Source: Botryllus schlosseri
Lineage: Eukaryota
Reading direction: 5' to 3'
NCBI GenBank assembly: GCA_051294905.1
Contig: CM119382.1
Span: 12,276,001 to 12,340,000, forward strand
Length of the DNA: 64,000 nt
A program made the position numbers and the translations under genes. Positions within the stretch are counted from its first letter, which is position 1. The number at the start of each line of letters is the position of its first letter. Shown here in pieces: positions 37,006 through 49,300 of the stretch. The notes beneath the pieces are model-generated. The model was not told where the DNA came from, made no database searches, and was given only the letters and a program-made list of their open reading frames with translations.

Positions 37006-38641
37006 TTATATTAACCATCACATTCCCATTTCCAATTTTTAACACATCCACTTGGCAGGATGTGTTAACATTATAATTCACTTTTGTCTAGTTATAAATA
37101 TAGTACGCCAATGAATGTAATTTAAACTTTTGGCTCGGACTGCCAACCTATTTTTTTGCTTCTAATTTGGCCCGCCTGGAACAATAATTGCCTACCTCGG
37201 ATCTAACGGAATATGTAACTACGCTACAGATAAAATCAAACTCAGTTAACATAACTAACCTTGTGACACTTTTGGCGTAACGACGGACACAAATTCCCGA
37301 CTTTCTCGGAAACTGTGGAAGAAACGCGACACATAGTGGTATTAGAGGACCTTCTCGCAGAGTTGTTATTTCAATATACGTGTTTCCGATGTGCCGAGGT
37401 TCTCAAAGGGTGGGCCATGGTCCAGTGGTGGACCCCACGAGTAATTTGAGGTAGGTCACAGAGCTAATTGGAAAATTGAAGAATTGGTGAAAGTTTAGTT
37501 ATATTTGTTACGTTCATATATTCAAAAATATAATAATATTATCGAATTACACGTATGCTACATAAGGCTTTTCATCCAACCCTGATGAGACTTAGTGGCA
37601 CGTATGAAGTCACAATGAACAAGACGAACATGGGAAGGAAAACGGTGGCTTTAGACCACGTGGTTATGACAACCTATCAGCCAACAGCAACGAAAATAAT
37701 TTTCATTGTATAATAACTAGGGCAAGTTTTTGTTGCACTAAAATCACGAGAAAGTTGCATTTAATTTTAACACTCATAATTTTATTGAATTATTATGGTA
37801 TGAGTTACTCGAAAGGCTCCGTTGTATAACCTAGTTCCTGCAGAGCTGTCAAATTTGTTACTTCGCTATTTAAATGTCTGACGAAATCCCCAAAATTACA
37901 TTTTTCCTGGCACACAGCCAGAAAATTACGCAATGCGGGAATAATTTCCACCAAAGTTCCAAACAGCATAGCGATAACCCATTCCCCTAAAACAATATAT
38001 AGAATAACAGACCCAAACCCCCTAGGTCCGCAAACTTGACCCAAGGCATTACAGAAAAACTCACTCTTGGCGACTTTAACAAAATCAATAGCCCGAAGAA
38101 GGGGACCGAAGTGAAAATGTAATTTTGTCTTGCCTTGACGTTCGTGGAATGGGAAACTATTTCAAATGTAAACGACAGAAATAATAAAGCGATCTATTTA
38201 TATATTATTCGGGCACCGTCGTGCTTGGCAGAGGGAGTTGAACTTCTGTCCATTGTGACATAGATAACAATGAGATGCAGCTAACCCATCATATAGCTCT
38301 TTGCTATGCAAATCGAAGAGAGTAGAACCATACTAGAAATAGTTTATAGTATGTTTTTAAACCACTCCTTTACGTTTTTACGCAATATTTGATAAAAGTT
38401 GCAGTAAAAAGTGGCTATGAAAAATAGAGGAAAGCTGCAAAAAGTTACGCTATTAAATCCCTCTAAACAGCTTAAAACACCATAATAGCTAGATTTTGAG
38501 TATCTACGAAGCTGTCGGAAGCTGCAAAAAAAGTTGCAAAAGTTGCAAAAACTTTCCCTAGTAATAACTGGAAGTTAACGCTGAATTAACCAAGTATTTT
38601 GGCAGTGCCATTCGTCGTATGCTCTTGGAAGAGGAATTATT

Positions 38642-38758
38642 GCCGTCGAAAAATTTGGATTATGAATAAAATAGTACTTACGGTGATTAATTAGTTATTA
38701 TAGTGGTGCCCACCGTAAATATTATTTTATTCAAATTCAAATTTTTCGACTAGACGGC
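38642..38758. repeat. Imperfect hairpin within a repeat related to 59690-59783
   Basis: Arms 38642-38685 and 38711-38758; one arm and a flanking CCAAATTTGG segment recur at ~59690-59783. Confidence 0.5.
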
Positions 38759-40271
38759 AATAGCTCTGCTTCCACTGGTGGAAATTTGGTGAACATCGTT
38801 TCTATAGACAACCTAACACTTTCATGGGGTGAACAGAACATTTTCAAATTTTTTGGTATTTATTTTTATATGATAAATAGAAACCTTCTTCTCCTGTAGC
38901 AATGCGGCTACTGGCTGGAATTAGACCAAATTTGGTGTGTAACCAGCACGATTTGAGAAAGAAAAGTCATTTTTGAAGACCCCTATTGCCCACCCCTGAT
39001 TTAAATAGAATTAGAATACAGTTTATATACTCGTCAAACATTGGCGCCGGCTCGAATTGTACCTCATGAATATGTAGGTGGATATAGTGTATTGCATCTG
39101 ATCAATTCGTTTCTCTAATTCATATTCTCAGTGGCTTTGTCTTGTACTCAAGAATTATTCTCACGTGCCTTACCTTTCCCCATGTTCTATTCAACAATGC
39201 AAGGGAGTATTTATCTGACTCCGTTGTAACTTCCCGAATTTCGTCTACTATTCTACTGGTTTGTACATGGATGCCGGAAGAGCACCTCGTCGGTTATTAT
39301 TACAAGCCGCTGTAGGAACCGCTATATGCTGCATTTATCCATGTTAAGCTGGGTAAGTTCGCAATTATGGGTTAATTGAATCTGTTTGATCCAACCGTTT
39401 CTATAGGCCTACTAGGAACTTGGTAAGGCTTTGAGGGTTCCTTATCAGCAATTTCTACTGCGAGTCGACTTCCCGCTCAAGCTACATGGTATTTCTAAAA
39501 TATTTAGACAATATTGATACAATTGTACGAGGTTATAGAAAGGTTTTGTTTAGAACATTATTTACAACATGTTCTAAACAGATTTGTTTAAAACACGCCT
39601 GGTATTAAATGCAACCCAATAGCTTGGTTACTTTTCACGGTACCTTCCACGTTTTCAATGAGACCGTTGTCATAGTAGCGAACTGAATGACTAGAAGATA
39701 TTTGAATTCGTACTGAATTTGAATATTCATTTCGAGTGAGTATTTTGCATTATGGGCAATCTTAGTTGATATATAGAGGCCATAGCGGCTCCAGTAGGTA
39801 TAGTCCCTACAAATATCCCTACAACTTCAATGCTGCAAACTCTTATAATTTACCACCAGAATCTTACAATTATAATGAATCTTCCCGTCAGACTACAGCC
39901 GACATTTTCGTCTGAGCTAAAACAGATAACCCTCAATTCGCGGGCTGGTGACACCATTATTTTACGAGCCACGCCATAGTTCTTTGTATGCCGTAGGTCA
40001 CAAACGTCTGATCTGGATAGTCAACGGTTCATCGACCATTCACTTACTCGACGTCACAGTTATAGCATTGTGTCTATGGTGCCACTATCGTTCGAGGAGT
40101 TATTTTTTCATTTCCATAAATCGAACATACTGGTCTCACACAATTTGCTAACATGCAGTGTGTGGATTTAGTAATGGTGCGAACGTTCGCTTCGCGTTCG
40201 TGTTCAGTATGCGAAAGTGGATAATAGTTCCAAGGTTCACGTTCGCAAAAAAATCTTAGTAGCTTCTTCAC

Positions 40272-41762
40272 CAGGGGCGGGCAACATACGGCCCGCGGGC
40301 CGGATCCGGCCCGCGGACAGTTTCCCGGCTTACATGATAACGTTGTCCGCAGTCCCAGTCTGCCGAGATTCCCCACTTCTTGCTTAAACGTCAAATTTTA
40401 GTGACTGTATGCAAGACCGTAACTGCAGCACCCTAAACCACCGAATTGGGGGGAGCCGAGCTCGAAAGGGGCCAAAAATATTTCGCGAATTTAAACGAAT
40501 TATGGAGTATTTCTTTAGAAATTTATGCAACTTTTTTAAACAAATCTTTCGCGCTGCGCACGATTTAATGTTGAAAATTACCTTCATTATTGGGAACCCT
40601 TCCCCAAACAAAAATACGCATGATTTATAGAAATGGAGACTTTGGCGTTGGCCATTACCGCGCCACGACGCACCAAGACATATGAAGTTATGAGCCATGC
40701 TGCAGCATGCGACTCCGAGAAGTGTGCCAGACCGATCAGCAGCGAGAAGACCTTGGCCGAAAAGGACTGCGGACCGAAAACTTCGATATATATATATGCA
40801 ACTATACATAAAATATATGCTTAAATGCCCATTGGCGCCTAAATGGCTGGCGCCTAATGTTCCTGTTCTGGCGCTCTGACCACCACAAGACAAATGCAAT
40901 ACAGCATGGAAAAATTATATTAGCCAGTAAAGAAATATCAATTTGAAATCGTGTGCGTCATTTAGTTTAGAAAGTTTGGGCGATTTCAATATCTTTTGAC
41001 ATAGCAGATAGGAGGTCACGAAATGGCACCATTTAACGAAGTCATTATGCCAACGGGTCCGCCCGAACATGTTTAATTGTTATTTAGGGGCCTACATTTT
41101 CCAAGACACCTCACTCAGCTCTATTACCGGTAAATATGATTACGTGAACAGAGAGAGGATAAAAATATGATAGCAATACATATGCAATATGCAATCATGA
41201 AATATATAAATTTTTGCGCGCCTCACTCGTTTAGCGTTTAGAGAGGGCAATATCAACGTTTCGGGGGGGGGGGGCAATATCAACGTTTCGGGGGAGGGGC
41301 TGACGAAGTGCTGTTCCTTTCCTGAATGTATGTTAAATTATATACGTGTGTGCGCAACGTACGTGAGTAGAGCTCACGCGTAATTTCGGCGAAGCGAGAA
41401 GACTTGCATTATCGGCATTTGCGCTGTACTCAACTCTAATGAATTGATATCTTGGTAAATTTGGGGTACCGGGCTTATCGAACGCATTGAAATCTTAATC
41501 AAAGATTCCTCCGTGTGTTAATGGATCAGAGAGAATCAGACATGGAGGCGCCTGTATGACAAGGCTGTTCTCAAATCCACATTGCCTCCGTCATTATCGG
41601 CGAGAAATGGCTTTGAAGTGACACTGCTGTCGTGCAAATACATTTATTAAATACGATTTATTCCTTGTATATGTGGATAAGGTATCGATTCAGCAATCCG
41701 GCCCGCCAAGTACCTAATTTTCCTATATCCGGCCCGCCGACTGGAGAAGTTGCCCGCCCCTG
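40272..41762. mobile_element. Buster/Charlie-like non-autonomous hAT element, 1491 bp
   Basis: 14-bp TIR CAGGGGCGGGCAAC / GTTGCCCGCCCCTG, CGGCCCGC subterminal motifs, TSD TTCTTCAC / TTCTACAC. Confidence 0.85.
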
Positions 41763-41780
41763 TTCTACACTGTTAACATC

Positions 41781-42036
41781 GGGGTGGCGAGATAGCGCAG
41801 TGGTGTAATCCGCGGCAGCAACACCAATGGGTTGCGGGTTCGAGTCCGACCGAGGTCGACTTCCGACTAGGCTCCTCCTCGCCACACCATCCGCGGAAGC
41901 GGTGTCTCACAAAAAGCCTAGAAGTGGGCCGTGCTATAAGTCGGCAGTTACGGAATAAAAATGAAGAATATCGGCCTGGTGTAAATGAGCATAGTAGCCG
42001 ACAAACACCATGAATACCACAAACAAATAAACAAAC
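41781..42036 (+). mobile_element. tRNA-derived SINE family 1 (best-preserved copy)
   Basis: A box TAGCGCAGTGG (41793-41803), B box GGTTCGAGTCC (41837-41847), A/C-rich tail. Confidence 0.8.
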
Positions 42037-43387
42037 TGTGAACATCTTTGTCAAGTAGCAAAATTACAGTAATTTCACCATGTCCGTTACCTACTTCATA
42101 TTACTCGAAGTATCGCCGTGACAGGCGGTAAGGAATTAGATCCTAACCTAAACCTTGTGTCGTCAAAAGTTACTTTGATTCTCGAGAATCGGTAGTTGCA
42201 TGTCTACGTTTACAACTTACGGAAACGCTGTCCTTAGAACTTGTAATGTGGCGCCCAAGGTGCGCGTTCACTGTTCAGTATTCAGTGTCTATGTTCACGG
42301 TCGTCTTCACACGAACCTGGGCCTTCATGGGTTCACAGCTCGCACCACCACTGTGGCTATCCAAGTTACCTAAAAGACCAATGCAGGGCACGAGTTAAAA
42401 ATGAACTTGATTAATACCACTTCATGATATCAGGCTATATAATTGACATTAGCGACCTGCCAATACCATTTGCAACAATTACGCAATATTTACCGAATTA
42501 AATGAAAATGTCAACGGCGCGAGTGCGTTATTTATTTGCAGCCGCGATAAAAACGAGTGATATAGTAATTCAACCGGTTTTGTATTCTCTACCGAGAAAG
42601 GCAGGCGAATACGAGCGGAAAGCTAAACGATAAAACTTGAAACATTGCACGCCTTGAGGGCTACAATCCCGTTACTTGAGCTATGTTATTTGTTCAGAAA
42701 AAATCGACACGCTTTATGCAATGTGTAATAACATAATGTTCACGGGACAGTTACCAATACTCGCTTACAAGAAGCATTTCTTAATCTGTCGATGTTGTGC
42801 TACAGAATATCTAAGAAATAAAAAGTTGTGTGTTCTGCACTCTGTGGCGATGTGACAACATTGCTATACCAGAGAGACATGATGGTACGAAAGTTCGCAT
42901 TTCGCCTAAAGGCATTCTGATAAAGACCTGATCACAAGATGTCAAACCATTCAAAACCTGATTTTGCTCATGCCTATCTAACCGTTGATTAAGCTGAGCA
43001 GAACAAATCAACGCAGGAAGCAAAGGGATCTATAGGTAGCATGGCATGTTGATATAATTTAACGGGGTACAAGGAATTAGAATGGTCTCGATGAATTTAA
43101 GAGTGGCGGATTGTTGAAGAGTAATTATTATTAAAGGATTAGGCATCGGCAGGATAACGTTAATTGGGAACGTTTAGATCAGTATTGGCCCGTTCAGTGA
43201 AGCTGAAGAATATTGAGCAACGCCGTAAAACGTTTCATAGTTATCATTCATAACATGCTGAACATGTTACAATAGTTTCTAGGTTGATATAATTGGGCAT
43301 TGTGGTTGTCTGGGGTGAGGATCTATTTCTGCCGCTTCGGCGGATATTATCGTGAAGGATAGACTGAGCACAGACAATCACTGAAAG

Positions 43388-46300
43388 ATGGCCCAACTGA
43401 GTATAAATCCTCATGGTCACGTGGTACGGGACGGTCGGACATTGGCTGAGATTATCGCTGATGAAGAGTACCTTGAACCTGATGAACGGCCAGTTGAAAC
43501 CAAGGAAGAAAAGAAGGAAGAAAAGAAAATGAAATTTTTAAGCTTTGAACTGGACATGACTTATCCAAGGACACTACGCGGATTCGTACGGACTATTCAA
43601 ATAGTAAGTGTATCTCTGAAAAGGAGAATCAATCCCGACTGAATGTTGTGATGAAATCTGAGGGTGATAGTGAATTTTCTGCGTTAACCTTAGCGCCAGT
43701 GTACTTACTGGATGCAAAGCCAATCCAATATATCCACATATAGCATCTCCTAGCGCTGCATTTAAAACAAACGGTGTTTTAAAACACTTTGTTTAAAACA
43801 TGCCTTAAAAGAATTGCTTTTTTTAAAACGTTATATAATTATGCCATTATTGTGCAAAAACTTTCGAAAGACGTGTAGTATGCGCCCACGGAGGATTTGC
43901 ATCAAATAAACTCGACGTATACGATATGGAGCGGCAGGAACGGTCAAAATTGTCGTTGGTTCGACAGTTATAGCAAGTGATGAATATGACCGCCTACCGT
44001 AAAAATGCTGCATAACGATGTAGACCTTGCTAAAAATGTTTTTGGTCTGTTTGTGAAAGTGGTCGAAAGCCCTTTTCGTCGAAGAATTAAAGATTCGTGA
44101 CGTTATGACTAGAAAAGAAGAAGCACAAACAAAAAACAACAACAATAAAAACATGTTTTAAACAAGGGTTATGTTTCAAACATTTTTGTTTTAAATTGAT
44201 TTTTGTTTTAAATGCAACCCCAGATTCCCCCATATACTACTAAGTCAACAGACACAAAGTTCAGAATATTGACATCTGTGGTCTAGGTGCATTTAAGTTA
44301 TCACACGTTGTCTATGTGTGAAATATACGCCGTACTGTACATCGAACTTTCGAAATAGCAATGCCCTGTCAATGGTGAAATGGTAGTAGGCCTACCCCAT
44401 TTCGGAAAACACCGAACACCGAATAAACGAGGCCTCGTAAAATTAGACGACACAATGACACTAACCTCCGTTTACACTAAAAACTTCTATAACTTCTATT
44501 TTTGGACGCTATATATCTGGTCGATTCCGTATGCTTAATGGCATCCACGAAAGTCAATGCTCTGAGCAAGGTATTGTAACCACAAAAATACATATCAAAC
44601 ATGGGAATTGTTATGATATAGCCATGGCAGTTGATGTATCAATAGATCCACAGATGCGCAATTATGCATACGCCTCTCCTATAGGTAAAAAGTGTTTCGG
44701 TTTATTCATCACCAATCACACCTAATGCGACGTGACATATGCATCATCATGACGAGTTTATGTTTTCGATCCCTGCAATAATGTCTTGTTTTGTTTTTCA
44801 GCTGTTGCTGCTTGTTTCGTTTGTGTGCTTAGTCCTTACAAACTGGGGAGACGCCCAAGGAGCTTACACTTTCTACTGCATAGTGCTGGTCGTTGCTGCT
44901 ATCATTAGCGGGTTTCTTTTCTTTTCAATCATCGCCGGAAGCAGAAGCGGCAAAGTTTGTGGTAGGTTTACCGAACTACATTTCGGGTTACCATAGGCCC
45001 TACTTTAGAAGGATCTGTCCTCCCTTTTACCGGAAATGGAAAATGTCCTCCGAGGACGCCCAAATGTCCTCCTTGTTGACAATTCGTCCTCATTTACAGC
45101 TTTTACAGCTAGGCTAATGGACAGGGTCAACTGAAAATCGGCGCAAATGACGCGAAGTAGGTAATGCGGTCGCTCGAGTGGGTCATTTGAGAGTCGAATC
45201 AGAGTAATGGCCTTTTTTAGTCAACACAACAAGATTACCAGTACATATTTCAAAATTAGCTGTTTTCAATTTCGGTAAACTAACCTTTATGACTTTTAAA
45301 AAGTGTCATCATTTCCGGATTCCAAAATATCCTAACTACATTCGAATTCAATGTTCTAATCACGTCCACACCGCGCGCTGGTTTCCAATGCAATTCCATA
45401 CAAAACTGAATAAATGTAGATGTCAAAATTTCAAAGCAAAGCTTCTGGTAAGATGGTTCACACTGCGAGGATTATGAGATATTCATGTGATCACTCATGG
45501 TGTAATCTCTCAGAGTCAATACCAAACAATGATCATGCCGAAGCTCCGGAAACCAGAGCATAATGCAACTTGATCAGATGCACTTTCATTTGTTCGTCTT
45601 TTAGATGAGAGAGAGAGAGAGAGAGAGAGAGATTGAGAGAGAGAGGGGGTATTCGTTTTCGCCTGCACCATCGATATGCTTTTGACGATGGGGATGCGAT
45701 ACGACTGTAAGGTCATCTATAGTCAGCACCCCCGTTTTTTCTCCCCCATGCTATCCGTGGATGCTGAGCGCCTAGCAGTATATCTGCGGATATCAGTTTG
45801 AAAAGTCTTTGGTCTCACCCGACCGGGGTTCGAACCCACAACCTACTGATCAAGAAGCCGGACGCATCACCATAAAACTATCTCGCTCGGTAGATGCATA
45901 GGTTATATTCAATCCACGCGTGATTGAGTGAAATAGAATAACATTATCTTAACAAATGTTACATTTCCATTCTAATCGGATTCTGTTTATCACCACCGGT
46001 GATTATCCGCTGTTTGATATTTTGATGAAATCTGTTACAAGGCATGATCCTGTACGCAACAGGCAATCGAGTAGGGTGAACACTGAAATTAGATGTCTGA
46101 TACAAACAAACCTATACTTTTTCAACGCCTCTAATTTAACAAATGTCACCTACATCACTCTTTTGGGATTTATCATGAAAACGCACCAGTTATTCAAAGC
46201 TCAGTGCACATGTTGGGTGTCCCATACCAATTTTAATTAACAGCCTATCCGTTCTAATCATAAGCGTCCAAATTAAACAATATTAGTAAATGATCGCTGA

Positions 46301-49300
46301 CCGTCTGCGATCCACACCTTCTCTTTTTGTAAGGGTTGATGCGAATTCATAACGTTGCGTGACATCGAATGGTCAATTGGTGAGACAACGTAGGCTACAG
46401 TGCAACAAGACAGCGATTGCTCAGTCACAGAACTATATAATCAGCTAGGACATGGTGAAACGCGATGTCGTATAAAGCGTGTGAAGTTCGTTCGCATTCT
46501 CTACCATGCGTCATTAGCCACCGCAAACTGAAAACATCAATCTCAAAGCGTCATATTATGGTCGCATGTGATATGGTGAGCACTATAGCCAGGGATGAAT
46601 TGGCTTTGGTTTTGTGCTGGTACTTTTACATGATACACAACGCTGCAAGTAAATCGGACTTGACATGTAAATATATATAACTCTGCTAATCTTTTTTAAA
46701 AGTATTTCACTGACAAACCCATTCAATGACTTTTGGAACGCGACTCTTACTATCCCTAGACTATACATATGCAACACATGTCTCGAACATTAGCTGACCC
46801 TATATTTGTATGTGTATGTGTATGTCCTACCCTCTATCGCCTGTGCGGCGATGCGGACCTTAAATAATCCCCGAATACCTAATTGGGATTTTAAGGTCGA
46901 CTTGGATTATCCTGAATCCATCAAGCCATTTGTGTAGTGTTAGCGTATCTACACCCACAACTCCACTATCACATATCAGTGTTGGGGATGTATAAGTATG
47001 GTACGTCGGCGGTAGCAGTTTCAAATCATCCTCACTGCATTATTGCGACTGATTGCACCTCATTACTAACTACACCTCAAATGCATTGGGTAATTCGCAC
47101 TAACTAAAAGAATTCGTGTATGTCGCCTAATTCCACCATGGCGAATGGTGTACATCAGGTAATCGGCATTTTCCGGTACAAAATATTGCTTTCACACCAT
47201 TTCGATGAGTGAAAACGCCTCAAATATACACCAGTTCTCATGTATATATAAGTATATCTCAGGTGTAGACTGGGAATTGATATCTTGTATCACCCCGAGA
47301 AGGCGAAAATGATGTCAGACATAAACAGAACCCACTATACACTCCAGGAATATATATGCATAGGAATTGGTGCATGTGACTCGTTTCACCCATTGGAATG
47401 ACTGTGAAAGAACAAAAATTATACTTTAGAGGAAATCTTATATATGTATAGGCTGCCTATTTTCTATTCATGTATAATATACATTGTATATGTTTACAGT
47501 GTGGGGGGATACAACTTTCACAATGTAGTTTGTACTTGGAATTGGAAAACAATAGGCTTATCATTTGAACGATTGAACGATTTGAACGAAATTGGTTATT
47601 CGGATTTGCATTCCCCATGATCACCCTCATATTGTATTTTAGGATTGACCTGGGTAAAGGTCGAACTTTTATACTTTTTCCTCTTCGGATTTCTTGTATT
47701 CATCGGGGCTTGTCTCGCCGCGAGTAACAACGCCACTGGAAATCCAGCGCTAAATGCAGGAGCGGTGAGATGAAGTTTGAATACTTTTTTTAGGATTACA
47801 TAAACTGTCGCTCAATGACTAATGGGCTTAGCATTCAGCGCTGCGTCAGAAAATTTATGGCTATTCAACTTTCAATTATAGGCATTCGGCTTTATTGCGT
47901 GCATCACATTCGCTCTCTACATATTCTGGACCTGGAAAGATTACAAAAACCCGCCGGCAGAGGACGAAAAGGATGACGAGAACAACGAAGAGAAGAAGAA
48001 CGATGATGACCCGGAAAAGGGTCTTCAGAGTCCTCCCCACGATAACGGCAATGTGGAGCCAAGGACGGAAAGTCAACGCCGAAAAAATAGCCTAATTGAC
48101 CCCCCGGAAAACGAAAACGGCGACTTAAGAATTGATCCTCCCATGAATCGTAGCGACAATTTTCGGTAAGTTGTAAAACTATCCATCAATTCGTAAATGA
48201 CAACGGATGTAGCGTCGCAAATTCTTCGCGGTGGAGGGCGATAACATCAGCCCGATTCGGTTTTCGGAAAAACTGGTTTCCAACGCACCGTCGACACCGC
48301 GTTTTTCGCTCGCGGCACAGATTAGCTCACTGTACGCCGGCCTGGTAATTACAAGTTTTCGCTTTGCGAGTGAAAATACTGCCGAAAAACAGACCTGAGA
48401 AGAGTAACATGAAGTGGAAATCGTGATACTTTGGTCAGAAACGCGGCTTTGATGTCGTTAATTGATATCACCTGAATTTGCATCCGAAACCCGAACACTT
48501 ATTTACTACTTACATGTTCGATTTCGGTCAGCCACAATTGTCGGACTCCAAGAGACCTATGCGTTGCGGAGTAGCTTCACGTTCACACTTATAATATTAT
48601 AGGTAGTTTATTCAGAGCTGGTCAGGAACGAAGTACTCTTATAGTTCCTTCACTGCCTACTTAAGTGGTTACGTTTTTAGACTACTCATATTTATACTAG
48701 AACATTTTTTGGTTGTTTTTCACACTTGTGATACTGGAAATTTAGTAAGTAGTTTTGGAATTCCTTTGCCTAACTGTTGTGAGTGCAAATGTCACACTAT
48801 AGCACACCTATAGCATCACGGTAACTCACTATATTTAATAAAATGTAGTTATTTGTACTGCCATCATCTTGCAAATTCGCAAGTTTTCCATCGATTTACT
48901 GCTGAAAGTATGCAACCCATCAATAAAACCTACTTTCCGAACTACATAGTTGAGAACTTTTGACGTTTCTTCGAAATTGCTACTTCTATTTTTAATTCGG
49001 TACAAATTTACGGAGTTGCTTCTACTTCTAATTCAGTCGCAACGGTGACTACTTTGATCGCTTCTGAGTTAATGGTAATATTTCAGTATCCTTCAGGCAT
49101 TGTCGTCATATTCCTTAAAAATAAGGACATGAATTCAATCACGTTTGTTCTTACCATACTATGATCTGAAATTATTACGCAGAAGCCCGTTCACATCTGT
49201 CACTTTTAATTGCATCTGTTTACGTTATTACTGATTTATGGCTACCCGCGGTAACCACTCATCTTTACTGCAGATCAAGTCAAAGCCGTCGGCTCATTGA

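Noticed and set aside
8266-37410. Isolated Buster-like ends at ~8266, ~9176, ~23541, ~24945 and ~37393
   Set aside because: No partner end or TSD could be assigned, so element boundaries are unsupported.
39240-39430. Splice-like signals (TGG|GTAAGT; TTTCTATAG...TTG|GTAAGG) in intergenic DNA
   Set aside because: No coherent ORF or partner exons; cannot be distinguished from chance or a lncRNA without expression data.
41781-41860. tRNA-like A/B boxes (also 28690-28755 and 45820-45890)
   Set aside because: No complete cloverleaf or acceptor stem; they continue into repeated SINE bodies.
43831-44154. Minus ORF inside the family Z MITE, superficially BED-finger-like
   Set aside because: It lacks the Cys/His ligands, and the frame is not clearly conserved in the 35778 copy.
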